This document shows positions 18,926 to 28,901 of a stretch of DNA of 64,000 bases, piece after piece. Source of the DNA: Candidatus Poseidoniaceae archaeon. Its GTDB lineage: Archaea > Thermoplasmatota > Poseidoniia > Poseidoniales > Poseidoniaceae. Positions within the stretch are counted from its first letter, which is position 1. Each line of letters opens with the position of its first letter. The translations under genes were made by a program, and so were the position numbers. The notes under the pieces were generated by a model. The model saw only the letters and a list, made by a program, of their open reading frames with translations, searched no databases and had not been told where the DNA came from. Where the stretch lies: assembly GCA_049623485.1 (NCBI GenBank), contig JBMZTB010000001.1, positions 5,387-69,386 of the forward strand, read 5' to 3'.

Positions 18926-21900
18926 ATGGCCGAGTCTTTGGGAGGTCGAAGCATTGCTTTCTTCGTTCTGTTCTTGTTCGTGTTTGCACCGTTCACTTCA
19001 CTTGCTCCAACTGCATCCTTTGATGCACTCGAAGAAGGCGCAGCGCCTTCATTTGTTGGTGAGAATACACCTGTTTCGGTTGATATCCGTCCGGGTCAAT
19101 CCAGCCAAAATCCATTTGAGTTAACTCTGCCCTCTTCAACGGGTTCGATCACAAACCTTGAGATGACGATGCAATCCTCGCCGCTTCAGAATTCCCAGAC
19201 CCTCTTGTGGCAAGGTGCATCCGCATGGGACCATCCAGATGCAAATCATAGCAACACGTATTCTCAATCAGGATTGTTAACGGGGTCTGGTTCCTCGCCA
19301 GGGTATGACTTCAACAATGGGGCTCAAGGTTGGACTTTTTCGAATTCCTTAAGCAGTCGAATCACAACACCAGCGTGTGGATACAACGGTTCGAGCGGAG
19401 GGTCAATTCGCACTCATGGTGGTTCAACACATGCGACTTCACCAGTAATAGACCTTTCAAATCGTGTAAATATTCCATTCAACGCTTGGGTGCATGAAGG
19501 TCGAAGTGGTTGCGGGGAAACTCCAGATAGCGGAGAGAACCTTCAATTCAAATACAAAAATGCGAATTCTCAATGGATTACTTTCCATACCTTTCAAGCA
19601 GCAGGATTTAGCGGAACTCCTAAATCGAATTTCCAATTTTCATCTGTTCTTCCCGTAGCAGCTCTCCATGCGAATTCACAATTTAGAATCCAGCAAACAT
19701 CAGGAAGTGGCGGCGGTACTACATGCTGTGACTTTTGGTTCATAGACGATGTCAAAGTCGTTATTCCACCTATCACTTCTTGGATTAGCCCTTCGTTTGG
19801 ATACAATACATCCTCATCGTTTTCACTTGCAGAAGGCCCATATGCGCCGATGTATATCAACGCGGATTTCCCTGAAAACTCCTATCTGACTTGGACACTT
19901 ATTGACGAGGTTACAGGTGAAAATATATCTGGTTTTGAATCGATGAATGGAACTCGAATCCATCTTGATGCGGTTGATTGGGAAGAATATGGAGAACTAA
20001 GGTTGCGTCTAGAACTGCACGGTTCAAGCACCAATGCAATGCCAATTGTTGAATCGATCTCAGGTGGAGGGCTGATGACTGAAGATTTCACAACAGACCC
20101 TTCCGATCGTGGATGGAATGTTGAAAATGCATCGATTTTAGCGGGAGGATTGACTTCCTTAAACAACAGCACTATCACCTCGCCTTGGTTTTCGAACAAT
20201 GCACCAATGGCTGGTTATTTGGTCTCAGCAGTCATGAACGAATACGATGCATATGTACGTCATCACGCATCAGAAAGTTGGACTCCGATAAATCTGCCAT
20301 ACTCTGGTTCACTGAGTGCAAATGAGCATTCTTTCCAACTCCAATTTATTCACAACTCAACCACGCCAAGTTTACTTGACAAGGTGCAAGTTACGCTTCA
20401 GACGGGTGGAAAGACGAATGCTCCCTCGCTTGATATCAACAATGATGGGATCAATGAATGGGGCGGAGAAAACACTCGGATTGGGTCTTGGGGATTCCAA
20501 GATAAATTTGACACAGGTGAACATTCCACTACATCTGGGTTCGGATTTTCAGGGATTGCTTCGACTTCAGCTTGGATTCCAACTTCAGAATTGAGTGGTT
20601 TTGGCCTTGGAGTCTCATCTGATAACGGAAATATGACTGGAATCTCTCTTCGAATTGGAGGTACGACAATCGTTTCAAAGGTGATCGATGGAGTGACAGC
20701 ATACCATCTACAACTTAATTCTACTGAACTTGACTTAATGCAAACCACCTTGGCAAGCCAATCCGGAGTGCTATATCACATGGGCGAAGGTTTTGCACTC
20801 GTAGACATCGAAGCATACGGAAACGGTGTTGCAACATTTTCTAATCTTGCAGTTCCATTCAATACCTCGGTTTCGATAAGTGCTGATGAACAATCTCCTT
20901 TGGTGTTGGCTGCCAATGCAGCGACAAGAACGGTAAGCGCAAATCCAACCATAACATTCCCATTTACAGGATTATCTCAAGGGAACATCATCGTTGAAGT
21001 GACCGATTTAGGATTTAGTGAAGAAGTTGAAACTGGAACAGCGTCAATCGTTAATGCAACATGGCCAATGACGCCATCACAACGTTGGATGTCCTTTAGT
21101 ACAATATTCAACATCGATGAGGATTTTTCAGCAACCGTTGTTCGCTTCGATGTTCAAGGAGACTTGAATCATGCAACCTGGCTCCTCCCTGTAGGTGGAG
21201 GGACGCCTCTTGGCCAAGGGGACAGTCATCTGGTTGAACTACATCCAACGCAGCCAATCAGCGTCAACAGTATTTCCGCAACCATGAGTGAGATGACAGT
21301 TCAATTCAGAATTGAACAAGGTTGGGACGACGAACAACATCTCTCTGTTTCAATGCGAGTTGTTCTGGATAATGATGTCGTTTCAAGACCCAGCCAAAGT
21401 TTCTGGGGTGGAGCAGGACTTCAGGCACTTGAAAACGATCTGGTCATCAAATCTGTTCTCATCACAGATGATAACGGCCCAGTTTCATCCTCAACGGAAT
21501 ACTTAGCTGCTGGGACTGGTCTAAACTTTTCAATCGACGTTGGCTATGAAGGAGTTGAAGGTATCGATTCATTTGCTGATGGAGATGCTGAGGTTCAACT
21601 TTGGCAAGGATCCACAATGATTGCGAACACAACCTCACTTGATGGCGACATGTGGAATGTTTCAGATGCAGCACCGTTTACCTTTGGCGACCTTGACTGG
21701 ACCGTTCGAGTTATTCCATTGGAAGGAGGCGGTATAGTCAATGAATCAGAACTAATCCGTTCGTTCAAAATCGATCCAACCTCGCCATCGGTCATTTTCT
21801 CAAGTGTTGACTGGTATGACCACCGAGTAGCTTCCACAAGCCAAACAGTTCAATTCCAAATTCTCGATCCAGTTCTGTTGCCTTCCGATGTTCACGTCAT

Positions 21901-24010
21901 GCTTTGGCGTGAATGGGCAGATGATGACGACCTTAACGGATGGCCAAGTGCTGATGAATACAAATCAAGGTCATTGATTATACCAACCGATCTAACTGTT
22001 TCAACAGGATTGTATACGCTTCTGTTTGATGATTCAATGGGTTCACTGGGTCAGAAAGTTTCGGGATATCTCGTTGGTTCGGATGCTTCTGGACAACCCT
22101 TGCAGGATAGCGGTACTTCAGCCGATGGTGAACATCTGTTCATGTATCAACTTGGTCCTGATGGGCCGCCTACGCTGACATCGAATGCAATGTCTTGGAG
22201 TGGAGGTGTTCAATCTTGGATACATCCTGGCCAAGCATACACGCTTCGTGTCGATATGAGCGAGCCAAACGGAGCTTCTGACTTGACCACAGTTGAAATT
22301 CAACTTGCATCAAATATTCTAACTTCACCGCTTTCGTTCACATGGGACTTTGTAACAGATTCATGTACCTCGAACAGCATTCATCTGATAATTCATTCTT
22401 GCGATATGCTTGCTCTTAATGGATTAGAAGCAGGACCTTATGAGAAAGATACTCGCCTTGTAGTCGATTTGGAACTGGCATGGACAACACCTGATTTGGG
22501 CGATACGTTTAGAGAGCCGAGTGTCCGAATTGTGGATCGCGCAGGGCAAGAAGTGCTGCAAACATTCCCTGCACTACGTTGGCGATTTTCTCCTGCATTG
22601 ATGATTCCTCAAGAAACAGTATCTCTGGTTTTAACTCAGGGTTCATCACTTGAAGACGGAGCACGTATTCCCCCAAATTCTCCGTTTGAACTCACTGGCG
22701 GTCTTGTCTTTGAGAAAACAACCACAATGCCAGAATTTAATTGCAGTGTCGATGTAATGTTTGCGGGACAAACTTATTCGGTTCAAACATACGATGGCAT
22801 TTGGAACATTCCACTCGTAAGTCCTTCGACTTCTGGCACGATTCCACTCACTTGGTCTGTGGGTTGTTTGCCACCACAGGGGATTGATTCAACCGAGAAA
22901 GGATCGTCTGTGAAGTGGATGATTGTAGACGGAATTGGTCCTGAACCAAAAGAAGTTCAAACACCTCGTCCCGGAGCGATTTTGAGCGCAGATGAACATG
23001 AAGTTACCATTGTTCTTGAAGAGGAAGGTGGCATCGATTACGAATCCTTACGGTTGGTATGGTGGGTTGAAGATACTGTAACAGGAGATTATATTCGAGG
23101 CGGAGACGCTCCATTCTTACTTCAGGGAACTGAAATCAGTGGGCTTAATCTTGTAGGGACTGGTAAGATGGATCTTTCTGTCATCACCGATGAGATGTTG
23201 ATCGATCTGTTGACAGTAAACGTTCTGATAGAAGGTCGCGACCTTGCTGGAAACCAAGTGCTCGGTGCAAATGGGGATTCTTCAGGAAATTCTGTGACAT
23301 CATGGTTGATGGAATGGAGAAGGCCAACCTTTGAACTCGACAATCCAGCCATTCAATATTCTCGTTTGAATGTAAAAGAAGGAGAGACGACTGCCGTTCA
23401 AATTTTTGTCAAGAATACAGGCACACTTGATGGTTCGACGTCAGCTACAATTTCTGTTGTACGTGCAGATGGAACAAAAGATGTTCTTCGAAACGCTAAT
23501 GTTGAGGTTGCAGAAGGCTCTGTAGGGACAATTCTTCTTGATTGGGGGCCAGAGAAAATAGGTCTTCAATGGATTGAAGTCGTTCTTGAAAATGGAAATA
23601 ATGCAAATGGTCCATCCATCGATGTACGTCCACAACGGGAACCGAGTTTCACAGAGTCCGTCTTTGGAGAAGTGAATCCAGTTCTTGGTTCAATTGGAAT
23701 CTTACTTGCGATTGGAATTATCGGAGCATTGCTCTTGATGGCAAGAAATGCCACTGTTCGACGTGGTTCTAAATTAGAAATTGAATGGGATGAATACTCT
23801 GACTATCTTGAAGAAGAAGAGGAAGAGTTTGAAGATCCTGATTCAGATTTACTCGAACCTGAAACCGCTCCAGCAACAACTACAGCAACAACCACTGCTT
23901 CTACTGATGGTTGGACTCAAGGTGCAGATGGCGTTTGGTGGTGGCAAGATCCGAATGATTCAACTTGGTGGTACAAAGATGCCAACGGTGAAATTCTGCA
24001 ATACAAGTAA
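18926..24010 (+). CDS. giant (1694 aa) single-pass cell-surface protein with a Reelin-repeat-like domain, a CARDB-like domain near the membrane and a Trp-rich cytoplasmic tail
   Basis: N-terminal signal peptide, beta-rich acidic ectodomain with many N-X-S/T, TM VLGSIGILLAIGIIGALLLM, acidic run, terminal GWTQGADGVWWWQDPNDSTWWYKD. Confidence 0.75.
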   Translation: MAESLGGRSIAFFVLFLFVFAPFTSLAPTASFDALEEGAAPSFVGENTPVSVDIRPGQSSQNPFELTLPSSTGSITNLEMTMQSSPLQNSQTLLWQGASAWDHPDANHSNTYSQSGLLTGSGSSPGYDFNNGAQGWTFSNSLSSRITTPACGYNGSSGGSIRTHGGSTHATSPVIDLSNRVNIPFNAWVHEGRSGCGETPDSGENLQFKYKNANSQWITFHTFQAAGFSGTPKSNFQFSSVLPVAALHANSQFRIQQTSGSGGGTTCCDFWFIDDVKVVIPPITSWISPSFGYNTSSSFSLAEGPYAPMYINADFPENSYLTWTLIDEVTGENISGFESMNGTRIHLDAVDWEEYGELRLRLELHGSSTNAMPIVESISGGGLMTEDFTTDPSDRGWNVENASILAGGLTSLNNSTITSPWFSNNAPMAGYLVSAVMNEYDAYVRHHASESWTPINLPYSGSLSANEHSFQLQFIHNSTTPSLLDKVQVTLQTGGKTNAPSLDINNDGINEWGGENTRIGSWGFQDKFDTGEHSTTSGFGFSGIASTSAWIPTSELSGFGLGVSSDNGNMTGISLRIGGTTIVSKVIDGVTAYHLQLNSTELDLMQTTLASQSGVLYHMGEGFALVDIEAYGNGVATFSNLAVPFNTSVSISADEQSPLVLAANAATRTVSANPTITFPFTGLSQGNIIVEVTDLGFSEEVETGTASIVNATWPMTPSQRWMSFSTIFNIDEDFSATVVRFDVQGDLNHATWLLPVGGGTPLGQGDSHLVELHPTQPISVNSISATMSEMTVQFRIEQGWDDEQHLSVSMRVVLDNDVVSRPSQSFWGGAGLQALENDLVIKSVLITDDNGPVSSSTEYLAAGTGLNFSIDVGYEGVEGIDSFADGDAEVQLWQGSTMIANTTSLDGDMWNVSDAAPFTFGDLDWTVRVIPLEGGGIVNESELIRSFKIDPTSPSVIFSSVDWYDHRVASTSQTVQFQILDPVLLPSDVHVMLWREWADDDDLNGWPSADEYKSRSLIIPTDLTVSTGLYTLLFDDSMGSLGQKVSGYLVGSDASGQPLQDSGTSADGEHLFMYQLGPDGPPTLTSNAMSWSGGVQSWIHPGQAYTLRVDMSEPNGASDLTTVEIQLASNILTSPLSFTWDFVTDSCTSNSIHLIIHSCDMLALNGLEAGPYEKDTRLVVDLELAWTTPDLGDTFREPSVRIVDRAGQEVLQTFPALRWRFSPALMIPQETVSLVLTQGSSLEDGARIPPNSPFELTGGLVFEKTTTMPEFNCSVDVMFAGQTYSVQTYDGIWNIPLVSPSTSGTIPLTWSVGCLPPQGIDSTEKGSSVKWMIVDGIGPEPKEVQTPRPGAILSADEHEVTIVLEEEGGIDYESLRLVWWVEDTVTGDYIRGGDAPFLLQGTEISGLNLVGTGKMDLSVITDEMLIDLLTVNVLIEGRDLAGNQVLGANGDSSGNSVTSWLMEWRRPTFELDNPAIQYSRLNVKEGETTAVQIFVKNTGTLDGSTSATISVVRADGTKDVLRNANVEVAEGSVGTILLDWGPEKIGLQWIEVVLENGNNANGPSIDVRPQREPSFTESVFGEVNPVLGSIGILLAIGIIGALLLMARNATVRRGSKLEIEWDEYSDYLEEEEEEFEDPDSDLLEPETAPATTTATTTASTDGWTQGADGVWWWQDPNDSTWWYKDANGEILQYK

Positions 24011-24048
24011 GGCATCAGGGCTATGAATCACGGCGGGTTGGCTTAACC

Positions 24049-25794
24049 ATGGGCAATCAAAGTAAGGGACTCATTGCCCTGCTTCAATTCAATCCTACAG
24101 TAGGTGATATTGTAGGAAATGCTCAGCGTTTACAAGAGATGGTTCGTCTAGCGCACTCCCATGGCGCTTCGGTTTGTGTTAGTACAGAACTTGCCATTTG
24201 TGGTTATCCTCCCAGAGATTTACTGATGCAATCGAGTTTCATACAAACTGCCCAAGATATGGCCAAAGAGATCAATGTGGATATTCCCGTATTGGTCGGC
24301 ACGCCAACCGTTCCAGAAAACCAACGAGAGCAACCAGGAAATGGTGTGTTGCTTATTGGCAATCAAGCACCTGCAAAAGTTGTCGCTCGCAAGCAACTTC
24401 TTCCAACTTATGACGTGTTTGATGAAGCTCGATACTTCGATGCAGACGATCGTCCAGGAATTGCAAGAACCATCAATGGGTCGTTCGAACTTGGTGTTAC
24501 AGTATGTGAAGACGCATGGCAAGTTTCAGGAGAAACTCCTTCCGAATACGATGCAGACCCAATTGAACAACTCGCTGAATGGGGTCGGCAAGGAGTCCAA
24601 CTTGATGCAACAGTCAATCTTTCTGCGTCACCATATCATGCAGAGAAAATACAAACAAGGCTTCGAGTTGCTCGAACGGCAGCAAAATGCTTGAATCATC
24701 CGTTTTTGCTTGCAAATCAAGTAGGTGGCAATGATGATCTATTGTTTGACGGCCGTTCTTTGGCAGCATGGCCAAATGGAGATGTGGTCATTGCTCCCGC
24801 ATGGAACGAAGGAATTCTTCTTGTTGATTTGAAGGATCCAACTCAATCTCAATGGATTCCAATGGAACAAGAAAAGAGCAGTGGTTTGACTCATTTATCC
24901 AGCAAGAGTGATTTTGAACAAGATGAGGAAACAAAACTCGAGGCTCTCGCCGATGCAGTTGTCTTGGGACTTCGGGATTACTGTAGGAAATCTGGAATTC
25001 ATCGAATAGTTCTCGGTCTAAGCGGAGGAATTGATTCAGCAGTTGCAGCATGTGTTGCTTGTGCTGCAGTTGGCCCAGAGAATGTATTGGGAATCTCAAT
25101 GCCTTCACGATTCTCATCGGAGCATTCGAAATCAGATGCGAAATTCACCGCAGAATCATTGGGTATGGAATTTGCTTCCATTCCAATCGACGACCTTCAT
25201 CATCTTCTCGAGAGTCAAATTGAGACGGTCTTGACCGACGGATTACCTGTAGCCCGTGAAAATATTCAAGCAAGATTGCGTGCAATTCTTGTGATGTCCC
25301 ATGCCAACGCTCAGCAGCGTATGGCGATTGCAACAGGAAATAAATCAGAACTTGCACAAGGGTATTGTACACTTTACGGGGATATGGCTGGAGGTTATAC
25401 TCCACTGGGTGATGTCTACAAGATGGAGGTATACGGCCTTGCCCATGTGTTCAATAACCGAGCAAAGAACATCGGTAAAGAGGCTCCTGTGAACGAATCG
25501 ACACTCACCAAACCACCTTCTGCTGAACTAGCTCCAGATCAACGCGATGATGACACACTGCCTCCTTACGCAGTTCTTGACTCCATTTTGAAACATCATA
25601 TTGAAGACGGATATGGGGCAGATGAAATTGCTTCCAAAGGACATGATAGAGAGACTGTTGTGTCTGTGCTTCGACGGCTTGAAGCCAATGAACACAAGCG
25701 ATGGCAAATGGCACCAGCACCTCGAGTATCTCCTCGTGCTTTTGGACAAGGTTGGCGTCATCCATTAGCAAGTCGCCATGACTGGCGTAGGTAA
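24049..25794 (+). CDS. nadE: glutamine-dependent NAD+ synthetase
   Basis: Nitrilase-like domain (TELAICGYPPRDL, KQLLPTYDVFDEARYF, VCEDAW) plus synthetase domain (LGLSGGIDSA, ENIQARLR, TGNKSE, GYCTLYGD, KPPSAEL). Confidence 0.96.
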   Translation: MGNQSKGLIALLQFNPTVGDIVGNAQRLQEMVRLAHSHGASVCVSTELAICGYPPRDLLMQSSFIQTAQDMAKEINVDIPVLVGTPTVPENQREQPGNGVLLIGNQAPAKVVARKQLLPTYDVFDEARYFDADDRPGIARTINGSFELGVTVCEDAWQVSGETPSEYDADPIEQLAEWGRQGVQLDATVNLSASPYHAEKIQTRLRVARTAAKCLNHPFLLANQVGGNDDLLFDGRSLAAWPNGDVVIAPAWNEGILLVDLKDPTQSQWIPMEQEKSSGLTHLSSKSDFEQDEETKLEALADAVVLGLRDYCRKSGIHRIVLGLSGGIDSAVAACVACAAVGPENVLGISMPSRFSSEHSKSDAKFTAESLGMEFASIPIDDLHHLLESQIETVLTDGLPVARENIQARLRAILVMSHANAQQRMAIATGNKSELAQGYCTLYGDMAGGYTPLGDVYKMEVYGLAHVFNNRAKNIGKEAPVNESTLTKPPSAELAPDQRDDDTLPPYAVLDSILKHHIEDGYGADEIASKGHDRETVVSVLRRLEANEHKRWQMAPAPRVSPRAFGQGWRHPLASRHDWRR

Positions 25795-25831
25795 TCGATG
25801 AAAATAAGAGGGAACTATTCGAGGGCCAATC

Positions 25832-26680
25832 ATGACGGAGATGTATCTCAATATCGCAGGGTACACCTTCGTGACTCTTCCCGATCGAGATCATCTCAGA
25901 CAACCATTCAAGCAAAAGTGTGACTCTTTGGAATTGAAAGGAACAATCTTGCTTAGCCATGAAGGAATCAATATTTTTGTCGCAGGACTTGAATCAAGCA
26001 TTACCCAGTTTCGAGAATGGTTGAACGAAGACGACCGTTTCAGTACTATTCCGTTCAAGGAATCCCTCTCCGATAATCAACCATTTAACCGAATGAATGT
26101 ACGATTGAAAAAAGAGATCATCTCAGTCGGCCTTCCAAACTTTGACCGTGTTGATTCCGAAGATGGAAGAATTTTTCCGCATGAACTTCATGAACGACTT
26201 TCAAACAATGAAGACATCGTTTTGCTCGATACGAGAAATACATATGAAACTCGACTGGGTTCTTTTCAGAACTCGATCGAACTTGATATCAAGACTTTCA
26301 GAGCTTTCCCAGAAGCGGTTGCAAACATGGATGATTCTCTCAAAGACAAACAAATTGTGATGTTTTGTACAGGTGGAGTTCGTTGTGAAAAAGCCAGCGT
26401 CATTATGCGAGATGCAGGTTTTACGAATGTCAGACAACTGGAAGGTGGCATACTCGGCTACTTCCAAGAGGTTGGAGGCGAACACTGGGATGGTGAATGC
26501 TTTGTTTTCGATAAACGAGTGGCTCTAAAACCTGATTTGACAGAAACTGGAACAACGGTGTGCTTTGCATGCAGAGAACCCCTGCTTCCAGAGCAACAAT
26601 TGCATCCTGCTTATGTTCCTGGCATTTCCTGTTCATACTGTATCGATCGGGTTCAATTCCAAACGACCCAATCATCTTGA
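25832..26680 (+). CDS. trhO: rhodanese-domain tRNA U34 hydroxylase TrhO/YceA-like
   Basis: LKGTILLSHEGIN, VRLKKEII, LDTRN.YE..G.F, MFCTGGVRCEKAS, QLEGGILGY, GECFVFDKRV, C-terminal CFAC...CSYC. Confidence 0.85.
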   Translation: MTEMYLNIAGYTFVTLPDRDHLRQPFKQKCDSLELKGTILLSHEGINIFVAGLESSITQFREWLNEDDRFSTIPFKESLSDNQPFNRMNVRLKKEIISVGLPNFDRVDSEDGRIFPHELHERLSNNEDIVLLDTRNTYETRLGSFQNSIELDIKTFRAFPEAVANMDDSLKDKQIVMFCTGGVRCEKASVIMRDAGFTNVRQLEGGILGYFQEVGGEHWDGECFVFDKRVALKPDLTETGTTVCFACREPLLPEQQLHPAYVPGISCSYCIDRVQFQTTQSS

Positions 26681-28818
26681 ATTGATGGCAAAAGGTACTG
26701 ATGTAATTCATGCCCATGCACCCCATCATCAGCAATGAAAAATATATGTGTGGATGAAGCGATTAATCCACCATACGTTCCTGCGCTTGAATCATTTCCA
26801 ATTCCTGCATAAGGATCGAAAACCACTGAAGCGGTTTGACCATCAATTGCCCACAATGCATGGCCACTATTTGTTCCTGTTTGATCAATACCTTGAGCAA
26901 GGACGTACAATGTAGAATCAGTGTACATCAGAGCCCTTGGAAGACTGCTGCTAATCCCTTGCATCAGATCGATTGTAAGATGCGTTCCTTGTTCAGTCCC
27001 ATCCGTTTGACACAATTCCATGCCAGTGCTAGCAATCACACAATCAAACCAAATCGTATGTCCATTAGAAACCGGTTCGAGGCTATGGCCTGGTGCAAGA
27101 ATTGTCGAACTTAATTCAAGAAGATTCGATGTTGCAAAAGAGTATGAAAACAATGTGGCATCAGCTCCTCGATAAACAGCATCGAAGAGAATCGTATCAC
27201 CAATTTGATGCAATCCAAACTTCGGTGCCATTGTGGTAACAGGTGTTGTTGTTCCTTCCTTTGTCATGGATGTGAGCCATTGCACTCCTCCCGAGCCATC
27301 CAGATGTGCCAGTTGCCGTCCAGTCCCATCGCCTGCGACGACCACCAAGCCATTGTTAGAAACCAACGCCTTGGAAGGGGATGAATCACCAAATGGATGG
27401 AGATCATACATGGTCATTGTTCCATCTGAATCCAATTGCATTACTTCGAGCCCAATATTGGATTCCTTTGCTGCGAACCAGAGTCGATTCTCATCTCCGA
27501 GCAGCATATTTTGTCCTAATGATGAAAGTGTTACCGACTGATTCATCAAATCCGAACTTGCACTGCTTGTGAGCCATGGTGCTTGCCAGATTGATGTTGT
27601 AACGCTTCCATTCGTCCACCACATACGTTGTCCTTGCTGTCCATTAGTTGTGAATACTACTCCATTCATCCATTCTGTAATTTCACTCGAGTAATCAATT
27701 CCATCTCCAGTTTCAATATCTCCAACCATGAGTGTTCCAGAAGAAGTTCCATCAGTAACCCACAATTCACGTCCATGGATTCCATCATCTGCATCAAATA
27801 CAAATCGCAACCCTCTCTCAGTCTCCATGGATTGGATGCCAAGGATTTTCCCAGGAATAGAATCTCCAGAGGAATGAATATCTTTCAACAGGAGAGGTGT
27901 ATTATCAACATCCAGCATCCATAATTCGCAACCATTTATTCCATCGGAGGCAGCGAAAAGGTAGGATTGAAACCCAGTTCCTCCAATGCTTTCATGACAC
28001 TGACTTGACGCTGAATCACCAGAATTGACAAAAATATCTCCAACAATCCCTTGGTATAATTGTTCAGAACAAATTCGAAGGGATTCTCGAACTTCATCCT
28101 CATGAAGAAGACCATCTCCTGCGATTCCCCTATCAATCCCATCGTCGACACCAAATCGCATGACGACACCTTTCGAGCATAGTGCTGTTGGTGCAGGTTG
28201 TTGATCGATAAGAGCCGAATATCCTTGGCTTCCGTTATTGCCTTGTTCTCCAATAGGGCCATCATCTCCTAGCTGCCCATCACAAATATGTGCGGTCGTT
28301 TGTACTTCCTCTGAATCTAAGTATTGGTTTCTGTTGATGTCTATTCCCGATTGGACTTGTATCCCTCCAAATGAACAGGGAATTCCAGGGGATATGGCCG
28401 TGAGATTCACCAAACTCCCGTTTCCATGTTCTCCGTTACTTCCATCATAGCCCTGTTGGCCTTGAGGCCCTGAAAGGCCTTGTTGACCATGACAGACTTT
28501 TGTGCTTGATGTGATTTCATCTGCTGACAATTTTCCGTTTCCATCGAAATCAGTTCCGAGAAAAATGTCGGCCCCGCCTTCTGGACAATAGACATCTGAT
28601 TCTCTTCCTTCTGTTTCAACAAGTATTGCTTTTTCCTCAGTATCTTCATTTGATAGAGGCTCAAGTGCTTGATTGAGAACAACTGCCCAAATTGACAGAA
28701 GTAATGCGCTTAGTACAACGGTTGTTTTGAGAATGCGTTTTGCATTCTCGAGAGATAAAAAACGATTCTGTTGCTTATCTCCGCGGGCTGTTTGGTTATT
28801 GTTCTCTGATGAGGACAT
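26653..28818 (-). CDS. N-anchored surface protein with Cys-bracketed repeats, collagen-like spacers and ELWxxDGT repeats
   Basis: N-terminal TM; three C..GG...G.D...(N/D)..L...E(I/V)......C repeats separated by Gly-X-Y runs; GRELWVTDGT, GMELCQTDGT, GCELW, GHELH. Confidence 0.8.
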   Translation of the reverse strand: MSSSENNNQTARGDKQQNRFLSLENAKRILKTTVVLSALLLSIWAVVLNQALEPLSNEDTEEKAILVETEGRESDVYCPEGGADIFLGTDFDGNGKLSADEITSSTKVCHGQQGLSGPQGQQGYDGSNGEHGNGSLVNLTAISPGIPCSFGGIQVQSGIDINRNQYLDSEEVQTTAHICDGQLGDDGPIGEQGNNGSQGYSALIDQQPAPTALCSKGVVMRFGVDDGIDRGIAGDGLLHEDEVRESLRICSEQLYQGIVGDIFVNSGDSASSQCHESIGGTGFQSYLFAASDGINGCELWMLDVDNTPLLLKDIHSSGDSIPGKILGIQSMETERGLRFVFDADDGIHGRELWVTDGTSSGTLMVGDIETGDGIDYSSEITEWMNGVVFTTNGQQGQRMWWTNGSVTTSIWQAPWLTSSASSDLMNQSVTLSSLGQNMLLGDENRLWFAAKESNIGLEVMQLDSDGTMTMYDLHPFGDSSPSKALVSNNGLVVVAGDGTGRQLAHLDGSGGVQWLTSMTKEGTTTPVTTMAPKFGLHQIGDTILFDAVYRGADATLFSYSFATSNLLELSSTILAPGHSLEPVSNGHTIWFDCVIASTGMELCQTDGTEQGTHLTIDLMQGISSSLPRALMYTDSTLYVLAQGIDQTGTNSGHALWAIDGQTASVVFDPYAGIGNDSSAGTYGGLIASSTHIFFIADDGVHGHELHQYLLPSIQDDWVVWN

Positions 28819-28901
28819 AATTGGTGGAGTGACGTCAACGGTATCAAAACCATCGGTGAAGCATACGAGTCTTGATGAAGCGTCAGTACTTCGAGGAAAC
28901 C

